A stretch of 64,000 nt of DNA, taken from NCBI GenBank assembly GCA_964016885.1, contig OZ024740.1, positions 246,574,001-246,638,000 of the forward strand. Reading direction: 5' to 3'. This DNA is from Eledone cirrhosa. Lineage: Eukaryota. Shown in pieces: positions 12,158 to 24,577 of the stretch (positions are counted from its first letter, which is position 1; each line of letters opens with the position of its first letter). Below the pieces are notes generated by a model. That model searched no databases, was not told the origin of the DNA, and saw only the letters and a list, made by a program, of their open reading frames with translations. The position numbers were made by a program, and so were the translations under genes.

Positions 12158-13028
12158 GTTTATATACTAGTCAGTCTGCATCTTAGTGTGTCTTGTGTTT
12201 GAATATTTGTTTACCACACAATTTAAGTGTCTGTCTGTTTGTTTACCTGATTGTCTAAACCCAATGTGTCTGCCTGACAATCTATACATCAGCTAGTCTA
12301 TCCGTTTTGTAGTCCAGCTGCCTAACAATTTATTAGCCAATCAGAATATTTACTAACAATAACCATACATACACAGATACATTTCTAACCGCTGCAGCAG
12401 TCTAACATACACTCATACCACACATCTCTTTAACTCATTCAACTCTCCTGCTCTAACCTTCATCTATGTCACACTTTTTTCCCTCTCTTCTCTCTCTCTT
12501 TCTGTCTCACTTTCTCTCTCTCACTCCCACCACCTTCACGTAGGCGCACACACATACATTACGTAAACATCAGCTATACTACCACCACTACCATTATCAC
12601 CACCATCCTTACAAGTTTCCTAAACAACCGTTACAGATTTCTCACCCCACGACCGACATCACCACCTCCTCCATTTGCACCAATTTAGAATCCCAACTAA
12701 CATCATCGCTACAACCACACACCCCACAGTTACCCCACCAACACCACAAACCCTGTCATCACCACCTCCATCATTAATACCAAACCCATTACAACTCACC
12801 ACCACCACCACCACCACCACCACCACCACCACCGCCACCACAATCAACACTAGTATAGACAACGCACAGTTAATGGCTGTCCAAAACTACCAAGCAGTCT
12901 TTTCAAATATAGAACAGTATATTTAGACTGGTTACGATATACTTTTGGACTTTGTAATGACTCGTCTTAACGCTTCTCACGAACTTTCCCTTAATCTCAC
13001 ACACTCTTCCAGCTCTTATTTGTGTGGT

Positions 13029-13117
<89 letters not shown>

Positions 13118-13934
13118 AGTTTTTGACTGAATCCATCCTAATTTATATATATATATACAAACTTGTGCATCTGCTGTGGTGTCAAAAACAAAAACAAACG
13201 CACATGACCGCACAGATAAACAATGGATCATGCCACGTCGCTTGAACCCGTAAGTGAATTGAAGGTTCTGCAACTCTGATACACATATTGTTTATTATTT
13301 ATTATTAAGATGTATAAACTGGACACAACTGTTATCATCCTTGATCATATTTCTCTATCCTGTTTTCTCCCCCCATAATTATTATATTTTTATTATTTTT
13401 TATTATTGTTTGAAAAAAATCGTTTTTTTTACATTGTGTTTTCCCCTCCAAATATTCGCTTATATTTCCTTATATATTCTCTATATATTTTTTATCTTTA
13501 TTATTATTTCCACTTTTATCCTCCTTTATATTTTACCTTATTCTTACCTTTATACCTTATTATAGTGTAATCTTCCCCATGCCTCATTATACACTATTAA
13601 TTATAGATTATTATTATTACTCTTTTTCCATTTCTAATTACCTCATGTACCTTCTCCTCCGCTATATGTATATATGTATTCTACGCCCTTTGTGTTTGTG
13701 TAGCCTCTGCGCACCCTCTGCACCATACTACCCACGCCACCCCATCTATGGTTCAGCTAACCACCCGACCCCCGGGAATGAATATGACCGCAGCTAGTAA
13801 ACAAGGACCAACACCCCACCCTCCCGCACCAAAATTAGACTTATCGTCCCCTACTTTTGCTCTTTACTCTCTTTACTCTTTGTTCTTGGGTGTTTGGTTG
13901 GTAGAGTCCATAACACCAATCAAACCCCTTTTAT

Positions 13935-13983
13935 AGCTCTGATGAATCCTACGGTTACACGTAAGGAAAAAACATTGTTAGCC
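13935..13983 (+). ncRNA. Degenerate type I hammerhead ribozyme in a PLE-type terminal repeat
   Basis: GCT-CTGATGA-A-TCCTACG...CGTAAGGA-AAAAA(GAAA lost)-CATTG-TT-AGC then AATAAA; the downstream sequence is homologous to the intact copy at 59976. Confidence 0.6.
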
Positions 13984-14095
13984 AATAAAAATCTTTTGAT
14001 GTTGTAGACGCTCTTGTGTTCTTTTTCATATATATATATATATATAAATGAAAAGTATAGAAATTATTGTTGCGAGAAGCTAACAGTATTCCATA

Positions 14096-14136
<41 letters not shown>

Positions 14137-14286
14137 TCTTTGTTTGTTTACACTCTCGTGTCCCCTTTATTTACGTGTCCCAACGACTTTTTTTAGTCGT
14201 TGCTCGCACCAACCGGAGGTATATGGTCTTTAAAGCGATGAAATACCAATGATGGTTGGAAGATCACTGATGAAGGACTAACTTTA

Positions 14287-14321
<35 letters not shown>

Positions 14322-14389
14322 CCGTTATGCAAACATATATATATATATATATATAACAGTTATGCAAACAGACTCTTTTTTAAACTATG

Positions 14390-14431
<42 letters not shown>

Positions 14432-14435
<4 letters not shown>

Positions 14436-14780
14436 AATGTAATCTGAGTTTTTCGAATATTAATAATAATATTCGATTCGTTTCCAGTTATGCAGACAAG
14501 ACTCATTTTTAAAGCCATGTCAGTAGAATGAGCCCCTCATTCTTGCTCTTCTGTTGGCATGTAAACAGAACTGCAGACACTAATGTTTCTGGGTATTACC
14601 TTGCATCAGTGCAGTTCTGTTTACATGCCAACACAAGAGCAAGAATGAGGGGCTCATTCTACTAACATAGCTTTAAAAAAGAGTCTGTTTGCATAACTGC
14701 AAACGAATCGAATATTATTATTAATATTCGACAAACTCAGATTACATTTATTGTATTCAGCCATGTAGAGCAACAATTTA
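14432..14780. mobile_element. Short palindromic PLE-derived insertion in (TA)n (family A) with a hammerhead core in the loop
   Basis: Inverted arms 14432-14575 / 14610-14752. The loop on the - strand reads CTGATGCAAGGTAATACCCAGAAACATTAGTGTC. Second copy at 36296-36685. Confidence 0.85.
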
Positions 14781-14782
14781 TT

Positions 14783-14871
<89 letters not shown>

Positions 14872-14875
<4 letters not shown>

Positions 14876-17307
14876 TAAAATAACAGATTAAAGTTTAAGC
14901 AAAGAATCGGTGCTTTCACCTTTAACGGGATCTTCTGAAACTAAAAAAGTCAGTCTGTGAACGCAGAAGTAAATATTTCAAAAAACGTTGCAACTGAAGG
15001 AAGACAAGAAGACGATACTTTCGTTCGTGGAAACGTTCCCTGGCAAGGAACGAAAAAAAACCGGAGATAATACGTCAATATTTGGTGCAGTGAAAACAAT
15101 TACTCGCAAAGACAAAACCACGTTTATGGTATAAATGAAGTCGTAGACTAATATTCTATTAGGTGGTTCATGGAGACGTTCTCTGGCAATGGACGAAAAA
15201 AACGAAGATAATACGTCATTATGTGGAGCAATGAGAACAATTACACGCAAAGACAAAACCACGTAAATGGTATAACTGAAGTCGTAGAACAAAATTCTAT
15301 TTAGGAAACCGAATGATTCTCGGCTTCAGAGATAAGAATAAAGTAAATAAAATACAGAGGTAATTGAAATTAAATACATTTAATTTCAATTACCTCTGTG
15401 AATTTGTCGATAAGGTAGCTTATACAGTGTACGAGAATAGACCTAGGAAAAATGCCGACGCATTATATGGTATAACCCACCATATCATATGGAGGTGGCC
15501 ACACCATTAGCTAAGATCTTTCTCTTCCTTATTATGAAGCATTTCCCCCAGCACATAAATATAGTAAAATTTTTAATAGAAATACCATTAAGATTTCTTA
15601 CTCTACGACTCCTAACCTTGCACATAGCATCACAGCTTCAAATTTAGCTAAATTACCTAGCCGTAGGAACACGTGCCACCCGTAGCTAGTACTAACTGTA
15701 ATTGTAGGAATCGGGTTGACTGCCCTCCATCCGGGAAATGCCTCTCTAGTACCACGTCCCGTAGGGCCTACATAGGGTTAACCGCCAATAGATTCAAGCA
15801 GCGTCTTTACATACATACCCATTCTTTTCTTAACTCTTTAAGAAGGAATATGACGTCACTTTCAGCTTATATCTGGAGTCTAAAAGACAACCACACCCAA
15901 TATAAGTTACACTGGGAGATCCTAGCTAGGGCTAGATCGTATAACGGAAATAAAAGACCATGTGACCTCTGCGCCGCTGAGGCCCTGGAAATACTTTACG
16001 CCATAGACCACATCTTAAACAAAAAATCTGAGGCAATTTCGGCTTGTAAACATAAATTGCACAAAACTTTCCGGTATTACAGCCCCACATAATACCCTAA
16101 CGGATAGTACGAACTATACGCGGTTATTTTACGTCTTGATGTGGTAGCTAAGTATATGTTATGTTAAGACCATTACTTATTCGTATAGGTAAGTATATAT
16201 TACCTGTATGTTTTGTGAAGGTACGTAAACTTTCTCTACGTATAATTGCTTGTATATGTTATTGGCGTATATATTATATATACTGCTACATGTGCATTTG
16301 GTTATATGTATACGTGAGTTTTGTGCCTGTGTGAGTATGCGGGTTCGTGCGTATGCAGGGTGTGTGTATATGTGTACTTTGTGTTTTGGTTGACGTACGT
16401 CTCCGAACATATGTGTATTTACATGTAGGTATGTGTGTGTACACGCGTTATATACGTATTTATGTGTGTATATTTATATACGTTTATTTAATTATGTATA
16501 TACGCACACACACACACATGTATATGTATATATGTTTTTATATGTGTATTTGGTGTATACATTCGTATGTGTGCGGGTACAGGCGTTGCGTGGGTTCTGT
16601 ATGTGCGTGCGTGTTTTTTGTTTGTTTTTTGTGTGTACGTGCTTGTATTTGCATACCCATGGCGAGTGTTTTCGTGTATGCTTGTGTATGTACGTATTTG
16701 GATGCGTGTATGTATATATTTAATTTCAATTACCTCTGTATTTTATTTACTTTATTCTTAACTCTGAAGCCGAGAATCATTCGGTTTCCTAAATAGAATT
16801 TTAGTCTACGACTTCAGTTATACCATTTACGTGGTTTTGTCTTTGCGTGTAATTGTTCTCATTGATCCACATAATGACGTATTATCTTCGTTTTTTTCGT
16901 CCATTGCCAAAGAACGTCTCCATGAACCACCTAATAGAATATTAGTCTACGATTTCATTTATACCATAAACGTGGTTTTGTCTTTGCGTGTAATTGTTTT
17001 CACCGGATCAAATAATGACGTATTATCTTCGTTTTTTTCCGTTCTTTGCCAGCGAACGTTTCCCCGAACCAAAGTATCGTCTTCCTGTCTTCCTTCGGTT
17101 GCAACGTTTTTTGAAATATTTACTTCTGCGTTCACAGATTGACTTTTTTAGTTTCAGAAGATCCCGTTAAGGGTGAAAGCAGCGATTCTTTGCTTAAACT
17201 TTAATCTGTTATTTTAATAAATATTTGCTCTACGGTTCTTATATATTTGATATATATTTATCCTTATCGAGCACTCTTTGGATTTTAGTCTTCAAATTTA
17301 TTTTTAT

Positions 17308-17310
<3 letters not shown>
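14872..17310 (+). mobile_element. 5'-truncated Penelope-like element (Naiad-type GIY-YIG region) with inverted terminal repeat, inserted in (TA)n
   Basis: ORF 15673..16092: CNCR..CPPSGKC, YIGLTANRFKQR, WEIL..CDLC..E. 14872-15375 is the reverse complement of about 16718-17222. Internal ~115-bp tandem repeat in the arm. Confidence 0.88.
15673..16092 (+). pseudogene. GIY-YIG endonuclease domain remnant of a Penelope-like element
   Basis: YIG motif, catalytic R (FKQR) and E/N region (EALEI..LNKKSE), Cys-rich linker. Confidence 0.85.
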
Positions 17311-17374
<64 letters not shown>

Positions 17375-17382
17375 TGTACATG

Positions 17383-18474
17383 TGTCAAGTCGCTCTCGAA
17401 CGCTACTGGTAACATGTAACCCAGTCCAACTTGTTGAATGGCGATTAACTGATTAACTGATCACCTTATGTCAATGAGAATTCCATTATTAAAGAGCAGG
17501 TTTGTTACCCTGGTGAGTATATACATTCCAACCATGTGTTCCTCTGAAGACGTGAAACTCTCTTTTCATCTCTCACTGAAGGTACTAGTCCGCACGATTC
17601 CTCAGGCTCAGAAAGTTGTCATTGTGGGGGACTTGAATGCTAAATTTGGTAAGGATTATGAAACCTGGGATGTGCTCGGAAAGCATAGAGTTGGAAGGTG
17701 CAATAGCAATGGTTTGCTGCTGCTACAATTGTGTTAGGAGCTGGATCTGTACATAGAAAGCACCCTGTTTCAACAGAAAGATAAATATAAAGCAAAGTGG
17801 ATGCATCCGGTCTCAAAGCAGTGACACATGATTGATTATGTTCTTGTTCTTAGGTGCAATGTTTGTGATGTGTATAGTGTCAGGGTTATGCGGGGAGCTG
17901 GATGTTGGACTGATCATCGTCTGGTTCGTGCAAATGTGAAGTTTGCCTGTGAAATCACATTTCCTATCAAACCCCCAAATATACACCATACCAAAGAAAG
18001 TAGAGGTGACTCGTCTAAAAGATGCATTAGAGAGCTGATTAAGAAAGAGCTGATAACAGAGAATGTATAACAGTCAATGTGTTTAAAACATTTGTGTATC
18101 AATTCTGCAAGGATGTTCTGGGTTTAGTAAAAGAAAACATCAAAACTGTTTGATAAAAATAAGGAAGAAGTTCAGATGTTAAATAAAAGGGAAACAGTGC
18201 CAACAAAAAACAAAAAACCCAAAACCAAAAGGGGTGAAGTATACGATACGAAGCAGCATAGGCTTAGCATGCGAGATAAGTGGTGGAGAATAAAGCAGAT
18301 TCAGTTGCCCCTGGTTCCAAACAATACAAAGTTTCTGTATAATTTGTTGCGGGAAACGTATGGCCATCTTCCTCTCCAGTTGAACCTCTTCGCACTCAAG
18401 ATGGCAAAGAATGCTTAGGGATCCAAAAAACATTCTTGTCAGGTGGCGCGGATATTTCGACAGACTTTGAATAG

Positions 18475-18555
<81 letters not shown>

Positions 18556-19130
18556 ACCTCCAAAGATGTAAAGACCAGAAACTTCTTCCATAGAAGAAGT
18601 TCAAACTGCTGTGGAAAAAAACTGTGTAGCGGTAAGTCACCTAGGATGGATGGTTTCTGTGCTGAAATCTTCAAATGTGGAAGTGAAAATCTATTTCATC
18701 ATCTAACTACCTCAACCCAAAAGGTTTTGGTTGAGGAGAGTACCCTGCATGACTGGAAAGATACACGGATGATTGTTCTCTGTAAAGGAAAAGGTGGAAG
18801 GGTCAACTGTAGCAATTATCGTGGGATATCCATTCTGTCTGTTGTAGGCAAGGTATTATGTAGGATTATACTAGACAGGCTCCTTGACAACATCGCTGAT
18901 GAAACCCTTACTGTATCTCTGAGTCGTTTAAGAAATGGTAGGGGGACAATGGACATAATCTTTATGGTGAGACAGCTGCAAGAGAAATGCATTGAACATA
19001 AGATGGATCTGTATCTAGTGTTTGTCGATCTGACAAAGGCTTTTGATACAGTCAATAGAATTGCCCTGTGGAAGATTCTGAAGAAACCGGGGTATCCTGA
19101 TAAATATGTCTCTGTGCTGAGAGTACACAT
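17383..19130 (+). mobile_element. Decayed RTE-clade LINE fragment (endonuclease + N-terminal RT)
   Basis: SIYIPTM, VGDLNA, IDYVLV, WTDH; NYRGISILS, VFVDLTKAFDTV; many stops; 80-bp poly-C at 18476-18555. Confidence 0.9.
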
Positions 19131-19717
19131 TTTTCTTTGAAATATCTGCTCTTGGTCCTTTCTCTCTATATATTTATACATATATCTTTTAATTTTGAAT
19201 AACTCTGGACATATTCTATTAAGCTTTGTTTATTGAGAAGCACATAAATCAAACTTTTTTATATGTTTTGATACCTCATATTTGTATATAACAGCTCCTA
19301 ATCTCTTAGTTTGCTGTGAACATTTCCGTACCTCTTTCTAACAGAATAAACGACACTTTTATTTATATCTCTTGCCCCGGGTTGAACGTAATTACACCAT
19401 GCTGCTTTAGCTTGGTGTTAGTTCGTTAATTTTCCCTCCGAATATAAACAGGTATATTGTATCATATAGTAATTTTCAACTGTATTTTGTTCCATTTAGT
19501 ATTGACGATAAGCTCTAATGATTGTCTTGCGTCTCTCGTAACTTAACTAAAATCAATAGTTTTATTCAAGGCCAACGCATAGAAAGGAAATAAACAAAAA
19601 AAAAAACAGAAAAAAATCAGTAGCTTCATATGGCACTGCGATCAAATGTCGGTAAAATTTATTACCTCTAAACAAACCTACACCCTCCCCCCCTCCCCCG
19701 CCTATATATATATATAT

Positions 19718-19906
19718 CAGAATGGATGCAATAAAAACCTCTTAGACGATTACTCACCAGAGTACTCGATACTTGGTATAGTAGAGTGGATAATATGAAG
19801 GATTCGGGACCCCGATGGCTGAGCTCCTGCCGTTTCAACAGCTAGGTTCGGATCTAGTTGTTGAAACGGCAGGAGCTCAGCCGTCGGGGTCCCGAATCCT
19901 TCATAT
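19718..19906 (-). mobile_element. Short foldback PLE-type insertion in (TA)n (family B); homologues at 57533-57715 (-) and about 30540-30662 (+)
   Basis: ~55-bp inverted arms 19793-19906 plus an unpaired tail; the tail and arm align between the three loci. Confidence 0.7.
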
Positions 19907-20646
19907 ATATATATATATATATATTTTCAGAATCTACCGACAGCCCTGCTTAGTCACAGGGGTGTGGGTGGCTGACCACTCGACTACAACCAAGAATACT
20001 ACCAACCTTATGTGTTCTCTCTATTTATCAGCCCCCCCCCCACCACCACCACCACCACCTCGGCCGACAACTCTATACGGTCAGTTGGAGTTCAGACCAG
20101 CCAAAATTTATTTACTGCTAGCCTTCAAAATTTAGTGCGTTCGTACTCGCTGTCCATTTATGGCGTGACAATATACAGACCATCCACCCCAAATCGAGAA
20201 AGTTACCTATTGCTATGGTTAATATAACTTATAGAAAACATTAGAGGTTTCACAACGCGCAAACCCAGAATAAATTCTAGAATTCAGACGTTAAGAGTTA
20301 AAAGTTGGAAGTCCGGAGAACTATACAATAGTCATTATGCTAAGAATAATATTTAACTGGAGAAGTGTATATTGTTATTAGGGATTGGGTTCAGAGCTGG
20401 ATATTAACTTGTTATGACTCCCCATGGAAAAAACATGCCTCTTGTCAAGAATGACAGGCAATATTTAAAGTATCTAATGTATCGAATGTAAAAATCAAAT
20501 AATCGAGTAGTTGGTATCCGGTCAATCCGGTGGAGACAAATAATACATTGATGATTTAAAGAAAGATGTAAGAAAAGGTACAAATGAGTAAGGAAGAACG
20601 GGGAAAAATGGGATTATAAGGAAAATAAAGGAAAAAAAAACATATT

Positions 20647-21149
<503 letters not shown>

Positions 21150-21876
21150 GTAAAAAAGGTAAAAGAGAATTGTAGAGTGAATGAGAAGAAATGCAGAAAA
21201 AATCCGTGATAAATGTCTGAGTGGGGGCGAATTATAGAGAGTCAGCTATGTTCACAGTGCTTCGGGTGTTTTGGTCCATGCAGTTGCACCCGAGTGCACC
21301 TCACAGGCTGTCCGTGGCTATATGAGGCAGGGTGGGACCCTGCAGGAGATCTGCCCTCCAGAGTGTTGCATGTAGAATAAGAGGTAGTTGTTGCTTTTGG
21401 TTCCCTCATTAATCCGTTCGAAAGTTGTTCCATAGTAAATTTCCATCATCGTTAGGTGTATCCACCAGTTGTGGTATCCCGGGGTGTAATCTGCCTTACT
21501 TCATCAGATTGGATTGTATCAAAAAGCGCTCAACATGAGGAGCTTAATACATTCGGTATACAAGGATGCAATTCAACTCTAGCGCTCAACGTTCTATTAC
21601 TTCTTAAAACAAGGATGGCGGAGTATATTAATAAAGAGGAAAATGCGAAGTTGAAGATATTAGGGTCCTTTATTAATTGAGCCGTTATACATATTTCAAT
21701 GACGATAGATATCGTGATTCCTTCAGACAGCAAAAATGGATTAAAAGGTAACATTTGCGAGGCAATTTTTGGTGGAAGGAGCGGACTAAAAAAAGTGTGT
21801 GTTTTTGCTTTGACCTACCGACAGCCCTGCTTAGTCACAGGGGTGTGGGTGGCTGACCCCCCCCCCCTCCCACCAC

Positions 21877-21912
<36 letters not shown>

Positions 21913-21914
<2 letters not shown>

Positions 21915-22000
21915 TGTTTCTACTTTAGGCACAAGGCCAGCAATTATCCCAGTGCATTACTGGTACTTTATTTTATCGACCCCGTAAGGATGAAAGGCAA
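21913..22000 (-). mobile_element. 5'-truncated SINE with (ATT)n tail
   Basis: Matches the 3' half of the SINE consensus; (AAT)n at about 21885-21913. Confidence 0.85.
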
Positions 22001-22577
22001 AACAAGAAAGACGGTTTCATTTGTACATCCCTATTTATTTTCTCATACGCATTTCAAAGACGTAAGGCAATTGTTATACGTGTTCTCTTCAGACAAAAAT
22101 CCAAACGAGATGCAAATATCCATTGATATGTTACCGGTCATACGTGTTATTCCCTTCGCCGACCAGTAAGCATATGTCTGAAATTCTTAACTAGCAGTTG
22201 TGTGGGAGATAGATATTCCAATTGGCGTTGCTGCTTGTGAAATAGCTAAGATATCAAATTACCAGATTGGTCGCTTGATTCCTAGTGAGGCATGTATGAA
22301 CAGTTAGTTTATTTTTTATTTTTAATACTAGATTTTATTCGTTTTAGCTACTAATTCTAAGTTTAGATATTTGTACTTTGATGCTGTTATAATGTATCTA
22401 TATATTTATGAATGGTTAATCAATTATTTGGAGGTCTATTTAATATTATTTTCTGAAGTTTTAACCATATACTCTACGAAATGTCTTATTAATTTTGTGT
22501 AAACTAGAATTAAAAATTTCAGAGGGTTTATTAATAATTTCATGTCTACTATTTATGATGTGAAGATTCTCTGTAGT

Positions 22578-24255
22578 ACTGTCAAAGGAACCCATAGAGA
22601 GATCAAAGGGGTTTTTGGGGTTAGATTTTTTTACCCAAGACAGTGCCGATGTGTGTGATTTGGTCGGTTGGTTCCTTCTGCACACAATAAGGGAAAAACT
22701 CCCAGGTCATACCATTGGGTTATATCGAGACGACGGACTAGCAGTCTCTCATACCACCAATGGCCACTTTTCGTAAAGATTTAATTAAACTATTCTCTGA
22801 CCTAAGTCTTAAAATTACTATAGATAGTAATCTTACCAACGTAAATTTCCTTGATATAAACCTTGACTTACTCACTGCTTCATTTAAACCTTACCATAAA
22901 CCTAATGAGAATCTTAGATATATAAATAAACAATCGTGCCACCCTCCCATAGTATTTAAAAACCTCACCCCTAATATTAGCAGTAGGATATCTTCCCTCT
23001 CCTCTTCTGAAGAAAAATTTAATAAATAAGGCCCTTAAAAATAGCGGATTCACTGAACAAATTAAATATATTTCTAACCCCTCTAATCCTTCTACACATA
23101 ATAATAGGAAAAGAAAAATAATCCTGTTCACACCACCCTTCTCTTTAGCACTCAAAACGAATGTAGTTGAACATTCCTTGATCACCATAAATATAACAAC
23201 ATTTTTAACAGAAACTGTGTCAAGATTAGCTATTCTTGCAGTCCTTCCATAAAATCGAAAATCGCCACCGGAAAAACTGACAGAGGAATCCCAGGATGTT
23301 CATGCAGAAACCCAGGTGAATGTCCTTTGCAAGGCAAATGCAACATCAAATCCGTTGTATATGAGGCAATTATAAGACTTATTCATACCAACCAACCTTC
23401 TACCGGAGAACGTTATGTGGGCATGACCCAGGATACCTTTAAAAAAAATATACTATGCACACGTCGCTTCCTTTCGACACCAGGATAAAAAGAAAACTAC
23501 GGCGCTGGCAAATAGAGTGTGGGAGATGAAAGAGCGTGGGATCCCATATGAAATTGATTGGTCTATTTTAGACGAATGAAAAGAATATGTTAAAGGCACA
23601 AGAAGGTGTACCTTGTGCGTAACAGAAAAATATAGAATTCTACAAAATCTGAAATCTCCCAACACCTGTCTTAACTCTAATTCTCAGATATTTAAAATTT
23701 GCCACATATAAGAACTCACCTCCTTTCTCGGTATCAAAACACTATTTTGGACACTAACCCACCTTGAACACTCTCTCCTTTTCACACATTCAACACTTAT
23801 CATATATTACACCTTGAACACTCTCTCTTACTTTAAACACTATGGAACTTTATCCCACATTCAACACTTATCTTATATTAAGCCCTTATTTTATATTACA
23901 CCTATTTTATTCATTTCTTCTTTTCCCTTACTTGTACCTTGAACAATCTCTCTTACTTTACATATTCAACACTTATTTTATTTTACTTTATTTTATACTT
24001 ATTTTACATATTATTCACTTTTTGACTTCATCTTTTCCTGAACATTCTCTCTTATTTTACCACCCTGGGCCTTTATCACATACTTTCAACAAAAAAATAT
24101 TTTTACAGCTCTGTTCTATACATAGAGCACTCGTTTTTCCTTTGCCTTAATCACATTCTTTCAACAACAAAATATATTTATATATTTTTAATGCTCTGTT
24201 CTATACATAGAGCACTCGTTTTTTCCTTTGCTTTCTCTTCGGAATCACCTAATAC
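22578..24255 (+). mobile_element. Decayed Penelope-like element (Naiad-type RT C-terminal half + GIY-YIG + 3' repeats)
   Basis: DVCDLVG...GLYRDDGL, VNFLDINLDL..FKPYHKPN, GCSCRNPGECPLQGKC, YVGMT, CTLCVTEK; ~55-bp tandem repeats at 23760-24050. Confidence 0.88.
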
Positions 24256-24577
24256 ATATATTTTTATGTATATTTTATGTATATATATGCATATATATAT
24301 ATGTGTGTGCATGTGTGCATGTGTATATGTATGTATGTGTATATATAAATATGTGTGTGTGTGTTCGCGTATGTATGTTTTTGCAGACTAGTGTGTCTAT
24401 ACACTTGTGTCTGTGCCATATATACATATATATGTGCATATGATATATGTGAGTGAGTATATGTATTTGTATATGTCTGTATATGTTTTTATATGTGTGT
24501 GTGTGTATCTGTATATATGCGTATGTATATGTATGTCCGTGTACATTTATGTTTGTGTATATATATATACATGTATA

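Noticed and set aside
17150-17190. Hammerhead-like CAGAAGA-T-CCC..GGG-T-GAAA in the terminal repeat
   Set aside because: The core has A in place of U4, and stems I and III do not pair convincingly; at best a relic.
23577-23579. In-frame TGA in the Naiad-type endonuclease (WSILDE*KEY) as possible selenocysteine
   Set aside because: It is not at a zinc-ligand Cys position, the copy has other frameshifts, and no SECIS was recognised; most likely decay.
23755-24060. Regularly spaced short repeats resembling a CRISPR array
   Set aside because: Degenerate tandem repeats in a retroelement 3' region, with no unique spacers or cas genes, in a eukaryotic context.
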